From Mytilus californianus (taxonomy: Eukaryota): a stretch of DNA of 64,000 nucleotides. Position numbers and translations under genes: made by a program. Positions 1-11,147 of this stretch are shown here, in pieces (the stretch's first letter is position 1; every line of letters starts with the position of its first letter). The stretch is taken from assembly GCF_021869535.1 (NCBI RefSeq), contig NW_026262701.1, positions 70,556,001 through 70,620,000 of the forward strand, given 5' to 3'. The notes beneath the pieces are model-generated. The model saw nothing but the letters and a program-made list of their open reading frames with translations, did no database searches and was not told the DNA's origin.

Positions 1-532
1 ATGTAAATTAGGTTTTATAGTTAGTCCTTCAACAATGATCACACATTTCCTTTGCTTGACATAATAAATCAATGCATTTTGCATTAATGTTGCATTTCCT
101 TCAAGCAACATTGACATCTGGAAGTTTCGATTTGTATAGACCTTTTTGGTTCTGATGTTTTCATACGTATAATTTGCTTCAGAAACCTTCGGTATCGAAT
201 GTTTCTGATGAAGGTTATAAGCCATATAAGATTATTTCATCCATTGTTTCGCGCTTAATTCAACATTATACGTTTATAGAGGCAAGCAAACATTGTCAAC
301 CACCCTCTTTTTAAATACCGAAGATGGGGATATGCAACAAAAGTTACGGACATTTATGAATCAACATTCTTGTAAACAGCATTGTCCTTAAAACATAACA
401 TTTTAATAAAAAAAAAAAACGTCGCTGTCGCTCTCTTTGCACGTTCAAAACTCTGTGATGATCCATAATTATAAATTGCCAGTTGCAAGGTACACTTTAT
501 GCCTTATTATGCACACCTTCTGTTTCGAGTGG

Positions 533-750
533 AAGTGCACACGTGGAGCAGGTTCTGCTTACCCTTCCGGAGCACCTCAGATTACCCCAGGTTTTTGTGG
601 GGTTCGTGTTGCTCAGTCTTTAGTTTTCTATGTTGTGTTTTTTGTACTGTTGTTTGTCTTTTGGTCTTTTTCTTTTTTTGCCATGGCGTTGTCAGTTTAT
701 TTTCGACTTATGAGTTTGAATGTCCCTTTGGTATCTTTCGCCTCTCTTTT
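533..750 (+). mobile_element. 3' fragment of a high-copy retroelement (probably Penelope-like); other copies at ~18051-18207, 27643-27984, 44803-45028
   Basis: Same GGAGCAGG..CTTACCCTTCCGGAGCACCT..GGGGTTCGTGTTGCT..GGTATCTTTCG..CTCTTTT sequence recurs four or more times on the + strand with a common 3' end and variable 5' truncation. ORFs 437-763 and 499-774 are by-products. Confidence 0.75.
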
Positions 751-802
751 TCAGTCTTGTTGACTTATTTGTAATTCTTGTCCTATTGATCATTATTGCC
801 TT

Positions 803-1650
803 TTAGCCCACCTGGTCCATTATTTTGAAAACCGCTATGAATAGATGAAGTCTGACAGAAATGCTTAGAATGTTGACATCTACCTACCGACGTTTAAGGT
901 CAAAACTGATAGACGATTTTTATAGGAGTTATTGTCCTTATAAAATGATGAATTTTACCAATTTGTTTCATTTTTGCCTTTTATCTCGAAAAATATAAAA
1001 GATACAGAGAAACTAAAAATAGCAAAAATGATCAACAAGATAAGATCTACAAACATGTAAGCATTGCCTAAATTGGCAAACGACTCCTTATTGGAGTAAT
1101 TGACCTTTAATGACGATTTTTACCATTTTTTGGCACTTTTGCCTATTATCTTGAAAACTATAATAAATAGATAAACTTTTTAATTAGCCAAACTGATCAG
1201 CAAGACAAGATCTACAAATACGTCAGCTAGCCGAATTCTGCAGACAACTCCTTATTGGAGTTTTGGCCTTTAATGACGATTTTTACCAATTTATGCTTTT
1301 TTGCCTATCACCTTGAAAACTATAAAAGATAGATTGACGCTTTAAACGACAAAAAAAGATCAACAAGACACGATCTACAAATAAGTCAAATTTTGCTGAA
1401 ATCGTTATTAGACTCTTTATAGGAGTTATTGCCCTTAAATGACGTTTGCTTTACTCCCTTTTGTTGTGTTGAACAAAAACTCAAGAAGATAGAGAGAAAC
1501 TGTAAGCAGAAAGAATGATTAACAATACAAGATCAACAAAACAGTGATTTTTGTCAGGATTTCTATTCTAGTCTACAATGTTGGAGAGTGCCCATTGTTG
1601 AAGATGCGCATAGGCATAGGTGAGCGACACAAGCTCTGTAGAGTTAAAGT
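803..1650 (+). repeat. Array of ~165-bp satellite-like units, probably the core of a Helentron/HINE-like non-autonomous element
   Basis: GGAGT(T/A)-anchored units recur at ~925, 1093, 1257 and 1422. Confidence 0.65.
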
Positions 1651-2081
1651 TTCTATCTATTATATAGTTTTCAAGATGAAAGGCAAAAACAAGTTAAAAA
1701 TCATCATTTGAGGGCAATAACTTTTCTAAGTAGTTGACTGACGATTTGGGCCATGTTGACTTATTTGTAGATCCTGTCTTGCTGATCATTTTACTTTTCA
1801 GATTTCTATCCATCTATTATATTTTTCAAGATAAAAGACAAAAATGCAAAACAAATTGTAAAATCGTCATTTAAGTACAATAACTGATAAAAAGAGGCAA
1901 CCATTTCAGCATTATGAAGTTATTTATTGATCTTGTACTGCTTACCAATTTTGTTAATTTAAGTTTTTATCTATCTTTTAAAGTTTTCAAGATAAAAGGC
2001 AAAACACACGGTAAATTGGTAAACATATCGTCATTAAATATATATCTTATAAGGAGTTAACTGATGATTTGAATCCATATT

Positions 2082-2233
2082 GATAGTTATCAAAGGTACC
2101 AGGATTATAATTTAATACGCCAGACGCGCGTTTCGTCTACATAAGACTCATCAGTGACGCTCAGATCAAAATAGTTATAAAGCCAAACAAGTACAAAGTT
2201 GAAGAGCATTGAGGACCCAAAATTCCAAAAAAT
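2082..2233 (-). mobile_element. Truncated retrozyme-like (hammerhead-containing) retroelement, family 1
   Basis: Contains the intact hammerhead at 2117-2160. Degenerate homologues at ~12972-13060, 54480-54600(+), 55033-55220, 58920-59050(+), 60093-60250 and 62106-62200. Confidence 0.8.
2117..2160 (-). ncRNA. Minimal type-I hammerhead ribozyme
   Basis: Minus strand reads GCGUCA-CUGAUGA-GUC(uuaugua)GAC-GAAA-C(GCGC)G-UC^UGGCGU. Catalytic core is complete and stems I, II and III all pair. Predicted cleavage between 2123 and 2122. Confidence 0.9.
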
Positions 2234-2458
2234 TGTGACTTAGTTGTATATCTTCTCTTGCTGGTAATTTTTGCTATTTAAATTTCTCTATATCTGTGAT
2301 AGTTTTCAAGATAATTGACAAAAAACGAAATAAAAGGGTAAAAATCGTCATAAAAGGGCAATTAAGTTGATTTCGGCAAGGTGGATTATTTGTAGAACTT
2401 GTCTTGTCTTGCATGGTCATTTTTGGTATTTAAAGTTCCTCTTTATCTATTATAGCTA

Positions 2459-2975
2459 TGGCTAAAATGGCTGCGTTTTCACCTCAAAATTTACTCTGAG
2501 TACAGACAAACCTGTACATCTGGAAAAGTTTTCAGGCATAGCATGCCCTAGATAAATAAAAAAAACTTTACTGAATTTTGCAGTGCACTTCTTTTTCATT
2601 CTTACAGAAGGTGCAAAATAAACAAAGTTGGAAAAGAGATTTGAGAACTTCCCCATAGGTAATAATTGAAGTGAACTGTATTGATTGAAATGGACAATAG
2701 AGGGACAATAAATACCTGACAATAATTGGTGATTCAAACTGTTTCACTGAGTCGACCATATCAAGTGGTATTCAACTGTTTGTTAATTTTATGATCTTAT
2801 GTAGGGACGAAAAAAGTGCACTGCAAAATCTAGTTCAGCTTTTAATTTTCTAAAACATAAAATGCATTTGAATTTAATTTGTCTAGCTCCTGCTATGCCT
2901 TAAAACTTTTCCAGATACACAGGTTTGTCTGTACTCGGAGTAAATTTTGAGTTGAAAATGCAGCCATTTTAGCCA
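2459..2975. mobile_element. Foldback/MITE with long terminal inverted repeats
   Basis: TGGCTAAAATGGCTGCGTTTTCACCTCAAAATTTACTCTGAGTACAGACAAACC.. at 2459 is the near-perfect reverse complement of ~2890-2975. No clear TSD. Confidence 0.8.
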
Positions 2976-3145
2976 AAGGGTCCACATGAACCTTAAACCC
3001 GACAGTTGTTTAAAGTTCCGTTATATTGACAAAATTAGGTGAGCAACCTAAACAGACATAATTGGTCAACTTGACAGTAATTGAGATCAAGCAGCAAAAA
3101 CTATGTTAACATATATCACAGACATATAACACAACTCAGACAAAC

Positions 3146-3381
3146 GAGGGTCTGGATGGAGTTTACAGAATAGAGAATAATGGGTCACATGTACAGTAAA
3201 ATCGATTAAAACATGAAGAATAGAGAGAAATAGAATGAAAAGAATAAGGATAAAGAATAGAGAATAATTGTGTGCTAAAATATAAAGAATAGAGAATAAT
3301 GGGCAAAAAATATAAAGAACAGAGAAAAATGACCTAAATAATTATAGAATATAGAAATGAAGGACCCCCATCCAGATCCTC
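3146..3381. mobile_element. Small MITE with 14-bp TIRs and internal AGAATAGAGAATAATGGG-type repeats
   Basis: GAGGGTCTGGATGG ... CCATCCAGATCCTC (one mismatch). Confidence 0.6.
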
Positions 3382-3743
3382 TTAAACAATTCACACAAAC
3401 GTAAAAATAAATTTGACAATGACGCAAAGGAAAGAAAAAGATGTAAGGATACCAAGTAGATACAAACATAAATAAATGGTCAAAGGTACTACATGTCTAC
3501 ATGTATCATTACATATAAAAGATAAAACAAAATCCATTAAGAACACAAGACATAAAGACTCAAACGCAATAAAGGCGGCACAATAGTTCGTTCCTCAAAG
3601 GTCTATGTAAGGGTAGTCGAAAAAATGTAAAGTTATTTAAAAGAGAGGAAGATAGAGATATTTGATGAAAAAAATGAATGATTTAAGTTGAAGAATCACT
3701 ACACACTGAGTCCACTGAGTTGCAATAAATTATAAACATGCCT

Positions 3744-3782
3744 TATATAAAAGGAACAGTAAATGGAACACGAGTATTCAAG
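3744..3782 (+). promoter_or_regulatory. Candidate TATA box and initiator of C1qDC gene A
   Basis: TATATAAAA at 3744-3752 with a TTCA initiator-like motif ~30 bp downstream, ~200 bp before the ATG at 3980. Confidence 0.45.
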
Positions 3783-3979
3783 ATTCTGTTTCAACAATTG
3801 ACATTGATTGGTTTAGGAAAATATACATAAAAATCTTTGTTAACACTATCAAAGAAAGAAAACGTGCTTTCAATATGTGTGTAATTTCAACAGTAGTATA
3901 CCAGTGTTCAAAAGTCAAAATTCTTATCTTCAATTGTTTACCTTGTCTGTAAAACAATTTGGACTACTTGGAATCGGAA

Positions 3980-5751
3980 ATGCATTATTCCATACTTTTC
4001 CTTGTATGTGCATTTTGCAGGTCTGACAATGTTGGTGATTTAACAAAACGTGTAGATGTTCATGAAACGGAGATGACTCGCCTTAAGTCTGAAAATGAAA
4101 TGTTAAAGGATATTATCAAAAACATAATGACGAAAATAACCTACTTAGAGGACAAGATTAACGAAATAATTCACAATAAGAGAGTCAGTACAACCAATCG
4201 TATGTAAATATATTTAAATTTCAGCATACACATGACTCGCGTATTCGCTTCAACACAACCTTTATTTGAAAGAACGATGAATCGTCTGTTAATGATATTT
4301 AATCCCTTAGACAATGTTGATGAATTTGGCTATTTTTAAGGCCTATTTAGTCATATAGCTCTCCACGTGTTTGGTCTTATACATATTTGGTTTTTAATTG
4401 TTTGGGTTTGATGATGATAAATCCAGAAAAGCGCCTCGAACACACGAAATTTTACGTGTTATTTTCATTTACCCTGCAAATGAAAAAAGAACGATATGTG
4501 ATAAGTAAATCACAATTTTTGAAAAGTACTCGCTAGTCCACGAGTACTATTTTCATATGACAATTTTACAAGTTTAAACAAAATCTAAATATTATATATA
4601 ATACAACGCCAGGAGCAATCATTTAATAAATTGTTTCAATGTGTCGCATGTTTCAAAATTCGTAAAATAACATATAATTACGTCTTTACAATTCCTAGAC
4701 GGATACAATATTTTAACAAAATGAAATTCAGTTTAAAGACTTTAGAAGAAACCAACACTCATTTATTTGTCCTGCTATTTACCACTGGACGACATGTTAT
4801 CACCAATTTATCATCCGATCAACACTTATACAAATACAACGTTTTAACATTATGCAGTTTATTAATCAAAAGTTCATAAAGACATTAATTTGCCATTACG
4901 TTTTTCCTTCTACAAGGATATAGATTAAATCAGGAATATCTGCAAAATACAAATCCACAATTTCAGCACTTGCATCAGTGATGGTGTTAACTGCACACTT
5001 TCGACGACAAGACCATACTTTTTACTGAAAAAGATATAACTGTGATATTTCTGTTGAAAAAAAATTATAACAACGAGCAAGAAACAAATATTTTTTAAAC
5101 AAGTGAATAGTTCCTTCATAAATCTTTTTTAGTCCAAATGTAAAATAAGAAAATCAAAAAGGATATGATAAACACGATCTATTTAAAATAAACACGTCTG
5201 CCCAAAATAAATGGAAAAAAAACTATGCTGGTACATCACAACTACAGCCACTGATTTATATTAGAACGACTGACTGAGAGTAATCAAAAGAATAATAACG
5301 ATCATTGCTTTTAATTAATTTTTGCCATACGACTTTTTCAGCTGTATATGTGGCTTTCCATGCCAACGTTGCAGGAAAAGTTAGTGTACATGATAATGAA
5401 GATCTACACTTCCAAACTGTCAACGCAAACCTTGGAAGTGCGTACAATGGAAGCACAGGTGTGTTCAAAAGTCCTTCTCGAGGTTACTATGTATTTTTCG
5501 TACATTTTCTCACTTATGCACCAAAGACGATTGAGGCTGTAATAGTTAAAAACGGCGCTTCGATCCAAAACGTTTATGCAGGAACAAGAGAATGGGCCGG
5601 ATATGGCACTGGATCCAATTTGGCGATAGTTGAATTAATGCAGGGAGATAGAGTATGGGTCAAAGTTCACAACAAGTATCATGACATGTTTGATGTTCTT
5701 GATGGGCTGTTGGGCACATTTGCTGGATTTCTTCTTTATCCTACATCTTAA
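3980..5751 (+). CDS. C1q domain-containing protein A (signal peptide + coiled coil + globular C1q), 209 aa; join(3980..4199,5342..5751)
   Basis: Donor AATC|GTATGT at 4200 and acceptor TTTTTCAG|CT at 5341, both phase 1. gC1q motifs VAFHA..YNGSTGVFKSP..GYYVF..KNG..GSNLAIVELMQGDRVWV..TFAGFLLY. AATAAA overlaps the stop codon. Confidence 0.9.
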
Positions 5752-6403
5752 TAAAATAAAATCCTGGAAATGACCCTTGTTTGTTTATATGATTTATGCT
5801 ATGTAATATTAAGACAGTAAGTCTTTGGTACATGATTTGCTTAGTTGTTATTGGCTTTCAGAAACTGCGAATACATCAGATCGGTACATTGTGTCTAAAG
5901 TGTTTTTGTAATTTTTGTTTGTGCTTTGTGTCGATCTGATGCTGCAAGCCTTTTCAACTAATTTTTATAGTTTGTTCTTATGTTCTGCTGTTACAACACT
6001 GTCCCAGGTTATGCATAGTAGTGAGGGCCGGCAAACATGTGTAACCCCGCCACATTCTGTATATGCCTATCCCAAATCAGGACCCTTTGAGTCAGTTGTT
6101 GTAGTTTGTTCCGTTTATCATATTTGTGTTTCGTAAATTGTTTTGTTCATTAATCATACCGATAGCTTTTACGTTTGATTTGTAATACATTTGTCATGTC
6201 GGGGCCTTTATAGTTTGCTATGCGTTATTGGTTTTGCTCATTGGTTTCGGAAAACAAACATAAAAATCTTTGTTAACAATATCAAAGTAGGAAAACGTGC
6301 TTTCAATATGTGTGTAATTTCAACAGATAAAGCGGTATAACATAATTCTTATCTTAAATTTTTCACGTTGCCTGTAGACAGTTTGGACTACTTGGAATCT
6401 GAA

Positions 6404-8135
6404 ATGCATTATTCCATACTCTTTCTTTTATGTGCATTTTGCAGGTCTGACAATGTTGATGATTTAACAAAACGTGTTGATGTTCATGAAACGGAGATGA
6501 CTCGCCTTAAGTCTGAAAATGAAATGTTAAAGGATATTATCAAAAACATAATGACGAAAATAACCTACCTAGAGGACAAGATTAACGGAACAGTTCACAA
6601 TAAGAGAGTCATTACAACCAACCGTATGTAAATATGAATAAATTTTAGCATACATAACTCGCGTATTCGCTTCATGCACAACCACTATTTTGACGAACGA
6701 GGAATGGTCTGTTAATATATAAATAACACATATCTTATAGGGTGATAAAGCAGATTGCCACCTCGAGAAAGCATTGTCAATCGAAATGTCTTTTCGAAAG
6801 ATAACAATCTGCTTTATCATCCTCTCATCTATGTGTATTTTAATTTATTCTACCGAATGTTCTTTTATTACTGTCTATTAACATTCAAATTGAAAGTAAC
6901 AAACTATGACGTCTTCAACATCCGTATCCGTATCAGTATTTAATAAAGCGCAGAATCGATCAATTGTCTCTGTGAAGGGAAATCGAGATTTTGTCAAACG
7001 ATAGAGAAAATTATCTCCCTCGTATTAACCAATCAAAATATGACATGATGTATAATATCTAATGCTATTTAATCCCTCAGGCAATGTAGACCGTAATTAA
7101 ATTTGCTATTTTTAAGGCCCATTTTGTTCATGTAGCTCTCCACGTGTTTGGTCTTATGCATATTTGGCTGTCAATCGTTTGGGTTTGATGAAGGTAAATA
7201 AAGATAAGCGTCTCGAACGCACGAAATTTAAGTGTTATTTTCTTGAACCCTGCATATGACAAAAGAACGGTACGTTGATAAATTAAGCACAATTTTTGAA
7301 AAGTACTCGCTTCTCCATGCACGAGTACAATTTTTATTTGACAATTTTACAAGTTAAAAAAAAATCTAAAGATTATATATAATACAAGAAATTGTTCCAC
7401 CTCGTTGTTAATTTATTTTTATAATCAGAAATATCAAAATTTAACAACGAGCATGGAACCATCTTTTTAAAAAGAAGTGAATCGTTCCTTTGAAAATATT
7501 TTATTAGTCCAAATGTGTAATAAAAATAACAAAAAAGATATGACGGAATCTCACAATTTAAAAAAAAAACCAATTCATGTCTGCACAATATAAAAGAAAG
7601 CAGAAAACAATTCTGGTACATCATGATAAGCCATGGAGTTATATTACAACGACTGACTGAGAGTTTTCATAAGAATAATAATGAACTTTGCTTTTAATTA
7701 TTTTTTTTCATACGAATTTTTTCAGCTGTATATGTTGCTTTCCATGCCAACGTTGCAGGAAAAATTAGTGTACATGATAATGAAGTTCTTCACTTCCAAA
7801 CTGTCAACACAAACCTTGAAAGTGCGTATAATGGAAACACGGGTGTGTTCGAAAGTCCTTCTCAAGGTTACTATGTATTTTTCGTACATTTTCTCACTTA
7901 TGCACCAAAGACGATTGAGGCTGTTATAGTTAAAAATGGCGCTCCGATTCAAAATGTGTACGCAGGAACAAGAGCAACGGGCGGATATGGCACTGGATCC
8001 AATTTGGCTATAGCTCAACTAAATCAAGGAGATAGAATATGGGTCAAAGTTCACGACAAGTATCATGACACTGTTGATGTTCTTGATGGGCCGTGGTGCA
8101 CATTTGCTGGATTTCTGCTTTATCCTACATTTTAA
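6404..8135 (+). CDS. C1q domain-containing protein B (tandem duplicate of A), 209 aa; join(6404..6623,7726..8135)
   Basis: Same exon sizes (220+410 nt), canonical GT/AG in phase 1, no stops or frameshifts. 6/73 and 22/136 aa differences from A in exons 1 and 2. Confidence 0.9.
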
Positions 8136-9370
8136 TAAAGATAAATCGGTGAAATGACTCTAGTTTTGTTTACATGAATCATTCCAGGTAACATAAAATA
8201 CTTATATAAAAATAAAAAGAGTTGTAGGGTATACGTTTTTGTGAAAGAAATCCTAGGACACGGATAATAAAAAAAAAAACAATACAGAGGACTTCATATT
8301 CCAAATTCATGCATTTTGGATATATAATAAATCGATACTAGGACTGTTGTTAAATTAATTGATCCGCAGCAGACGAAAAAATTAAATAGTGTTGTATATC
8401 AGCTCTTAAACATGTACTTTAGTTTTGGGTACAGGATTTTTTTTAGTTCTTACTGGCTTTTGGAAACTGCGAGTACATCAGATCGGTACATTGTGTCTTG
8501 GGTCATTTTGTTGATTGTTTTGTTTTTGTTGTGCACTGTGTGTCGATCTGACGAGGCAATTTTTTTTTATCTGATTTTCATAGTTTGTTCTTATGTTGTA
8601 CTGTTACACTACGTTCCCATGTTATGGGTAGGATTGGGTGCCTGCAAACATGTTTAATCCCGCAACAGTCTGTATGTGCTGTTTCCATTCAGAAGCCTTT
8701 AGGACAGTGGTTGTCGTTTGTTGCCGTTTATCATATTTGTTTATCGTTTTTTGTTTATTGTTTTTTCATTAACCAGACAGTTAGTTTCTCGTTTGAATTG
8801 TTTAACCTTTCAAATAACAGCCAACAATTGCATTAATCTTGGTTATACATAATGTTTAACCGCTATGATTGATTAAACTCTCTGAACAATTGCAGAATCA
8901 ACCGTTAACAAACGTACCAAATTTAAAGTAATATTTAACTTTTTTGTTAAATTGTCGGATGCCTAAAATAGATTTGAATCGTGTGGATACAATCACTTCC
9001 AACTATTGAAGAATAAAATCGACAAAATATATGATTATCTTGATGCTATTCGCTTGATTAATTCTCAAAACATAAAATAGACAGTCATTTTACCAGAAAT
9101 GGATAAAGCTAGAGAATTTACAAGAAATATTGGATTAAGAAACGATAATCAACTTGCAACTACAAAGACAACCGTGATTTCTTACCAAATTTACCCCCCC
9201 CCCTTTTCCATCCAAACACAATAGCTGAATATTGTATTCAATATATATTCAACTAAGAAAACCTGTCTTTGCTTATCCTTTATAATAAAATGTTATGTAA
9301 ACAGCTTCTATTTATATGACATTGGATGCAACAATTGAAATATCAATTGTTAAATATTCTCTTACATCAG

Positions 9371-9625
9371 TAAATATGGCTTTCCATGCAAATATGGTAG
9401 GACTTAAAAGTTAACATTATAATGAAGTGCTGCACTTCGATCGGGTCAACACCAACCTAGGGAATTCGTATGATGAACACTTAGGAGTTTTTAAAACCCC
9501 TACTCCGGGTTATTACGTATTTTTGTACATTTTTTTACAATTGAGCCAAAAAGTTTAGAGGCACACATAGAAAAAAATGGAGATGTAATCCAAAATGTCT
9601 ACGCAGGAATTATGGGTAGAACAGA
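9371..9625 (+). pseudogene. Truncated, divergent C1q-domain exon relic
   Basis: Translates as MAFHANMVGLKS*HYNEVLHFDRVNTNLGNSYDEHLGVFKTPTPGYYVF (stop at 9412-9414), then after a frameshift EPKSLEAHIEKNGDVIQNVYAG. Confidence 0.8.
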
Positions 9626-9834
9626 AGCAAAAGGAATTGGACACAAGTTATTACTACATTTGTGAAGTCCTCTCCCTTTTGATAACAATATCATCATTTT
9701 TGTAAAAAGAATTTAAGAAAGTTAACGTGCTTGCAATAGGTGTGTAATTTCAACAGATAAAGCGGTATCACATTAATTTTATCTTCAATTGTTCACCTTG
9801 TATTTAAAACGATTTGGACTACTTGGAATCTGAA

Positions 9835-11147
9835 ATGCATTATTCCATACTTTTCCTTGTATGTGTATTTTGCAAGTCTGACAATGTTGGTGATTTAACA
9901 AAACGTGTAGATGTTCTTGAAACGAAGATTTCCTAGACGGATACTATATTTTAACAAAATGAAATTCAGTTTAAAGACTTGAGAAAAAACCAACACTCAT
10001 TTATTCGTCCTGATATTTGCCAGTGGACGACAAGCTATTACCAATTTATCATCCAATCAACACTAATACAAATACACCGTTTTAACATTATGCAGTTTAT
10101 TTATCAAAAGTTCATAAAGACATTAATTTTCCATTAAGTTTTCCTTCTACAAGGTTATAGATTAAATCAGGAAAATCTGCAAAATACAAATCCAAAATTT
10201 CAGCACTTGCATCAGTGATGGTGTAAACAGCACACTTTCGACGATAAAACCATACCTTTTACTGAAAAAGACCTAATTTTGATATTTCTGTTATACAAAT
10301 ACAACGTTTTAACATTATGCAGTTTATAAATCAAAAGTTCATAAGACATTAATTTTCCATTAAGTTTTCCTTCTACAAGGTTATAGATTAAATCAGGAAA
10401 ATCTGCAAAATACAAATCCAAAATTTCAGTACTTGCATCAGTGATGGTGTTCTGTTGAAAAAAAAATATAACAACGAGCATGAAACAAATATTTTTTAAA
10501 GAAGTGAATCATTCCCTCATAAATCTTTTTTAGTCCAAATGTAAAATAAGAATATCAAAAAGGATATGATAAACACGATGTATTTAAAATAAACACGTCT
10601 GCCCAAAATAAATGGAAAAAACAAACTATGCTGGTACATCACAAGTACAGCCATGGATTTATATTAGAACGACTGACTGAAAGTTATCAAAAGAATAATA
10701 ATGATCATTGCTTTTAATTAATTTTTGACATACGACTTTTCTCAGTTGTATATGTTGCTTTCCATGCCAACGTTGCAGGACAAATTAGTGTACATAATAA
10801 TGAAGTTTTACACTTGTCAACACAAACCTTGAAAGTGGGTACAATGGAAACACAGGTGTGTTCGAAAGTTCTTCTCAAGGTTTTTATGTTTTTTTCGTAC
10901 ATTTTCTCACTTATGCACCAAAGACGATTGAGGCTGTAATAGTTAAAAACGGCGCTTCGATCCAAAATGTGTATGCAGGAACAAAAGCAACGGGGCTTAT
11001 GGCACTGGATCCAATTTGGTGATAGTTGAATTGATGCAAGGAGATAGAGTATGGGTAAAGGTTCACGACAAGTATCATGACATTTTTGATGTTCTTGATG
11101 GGCCGTGGTGCACATTTGCTGGATTTCTTCTTTATCCTACATTTTAA
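9835..11147 (+). pseudogene. C1qDC copy C pseudogene
   Basis: Exon 1 is cut by a ~617-bp deletion (relative to A 4075-4691) that removes the donor and gives a stop at 9934-9936. The C1q exon 10746-11147 carries a 7-nt and a 1-nt deletion. Confidence 0.9.

Larger units (their letters stand above)
1651..2455 (-). repeat. Inverted array of the same ~165-bp unit, interrupted by a hammerhead element
   Basis: Reverse-complement units (ATCGTCAT..GGGCAATAACT) at ~1710, 1875, 2035 and 2350; insertion at 2082-2233. Confidence 0.65.

Noticed and set aside
437-774. ORFs of 108 and 91 aa (also 27793-27990)
   Set aside because: They are reading frames through a high-copy repeat, not genes.
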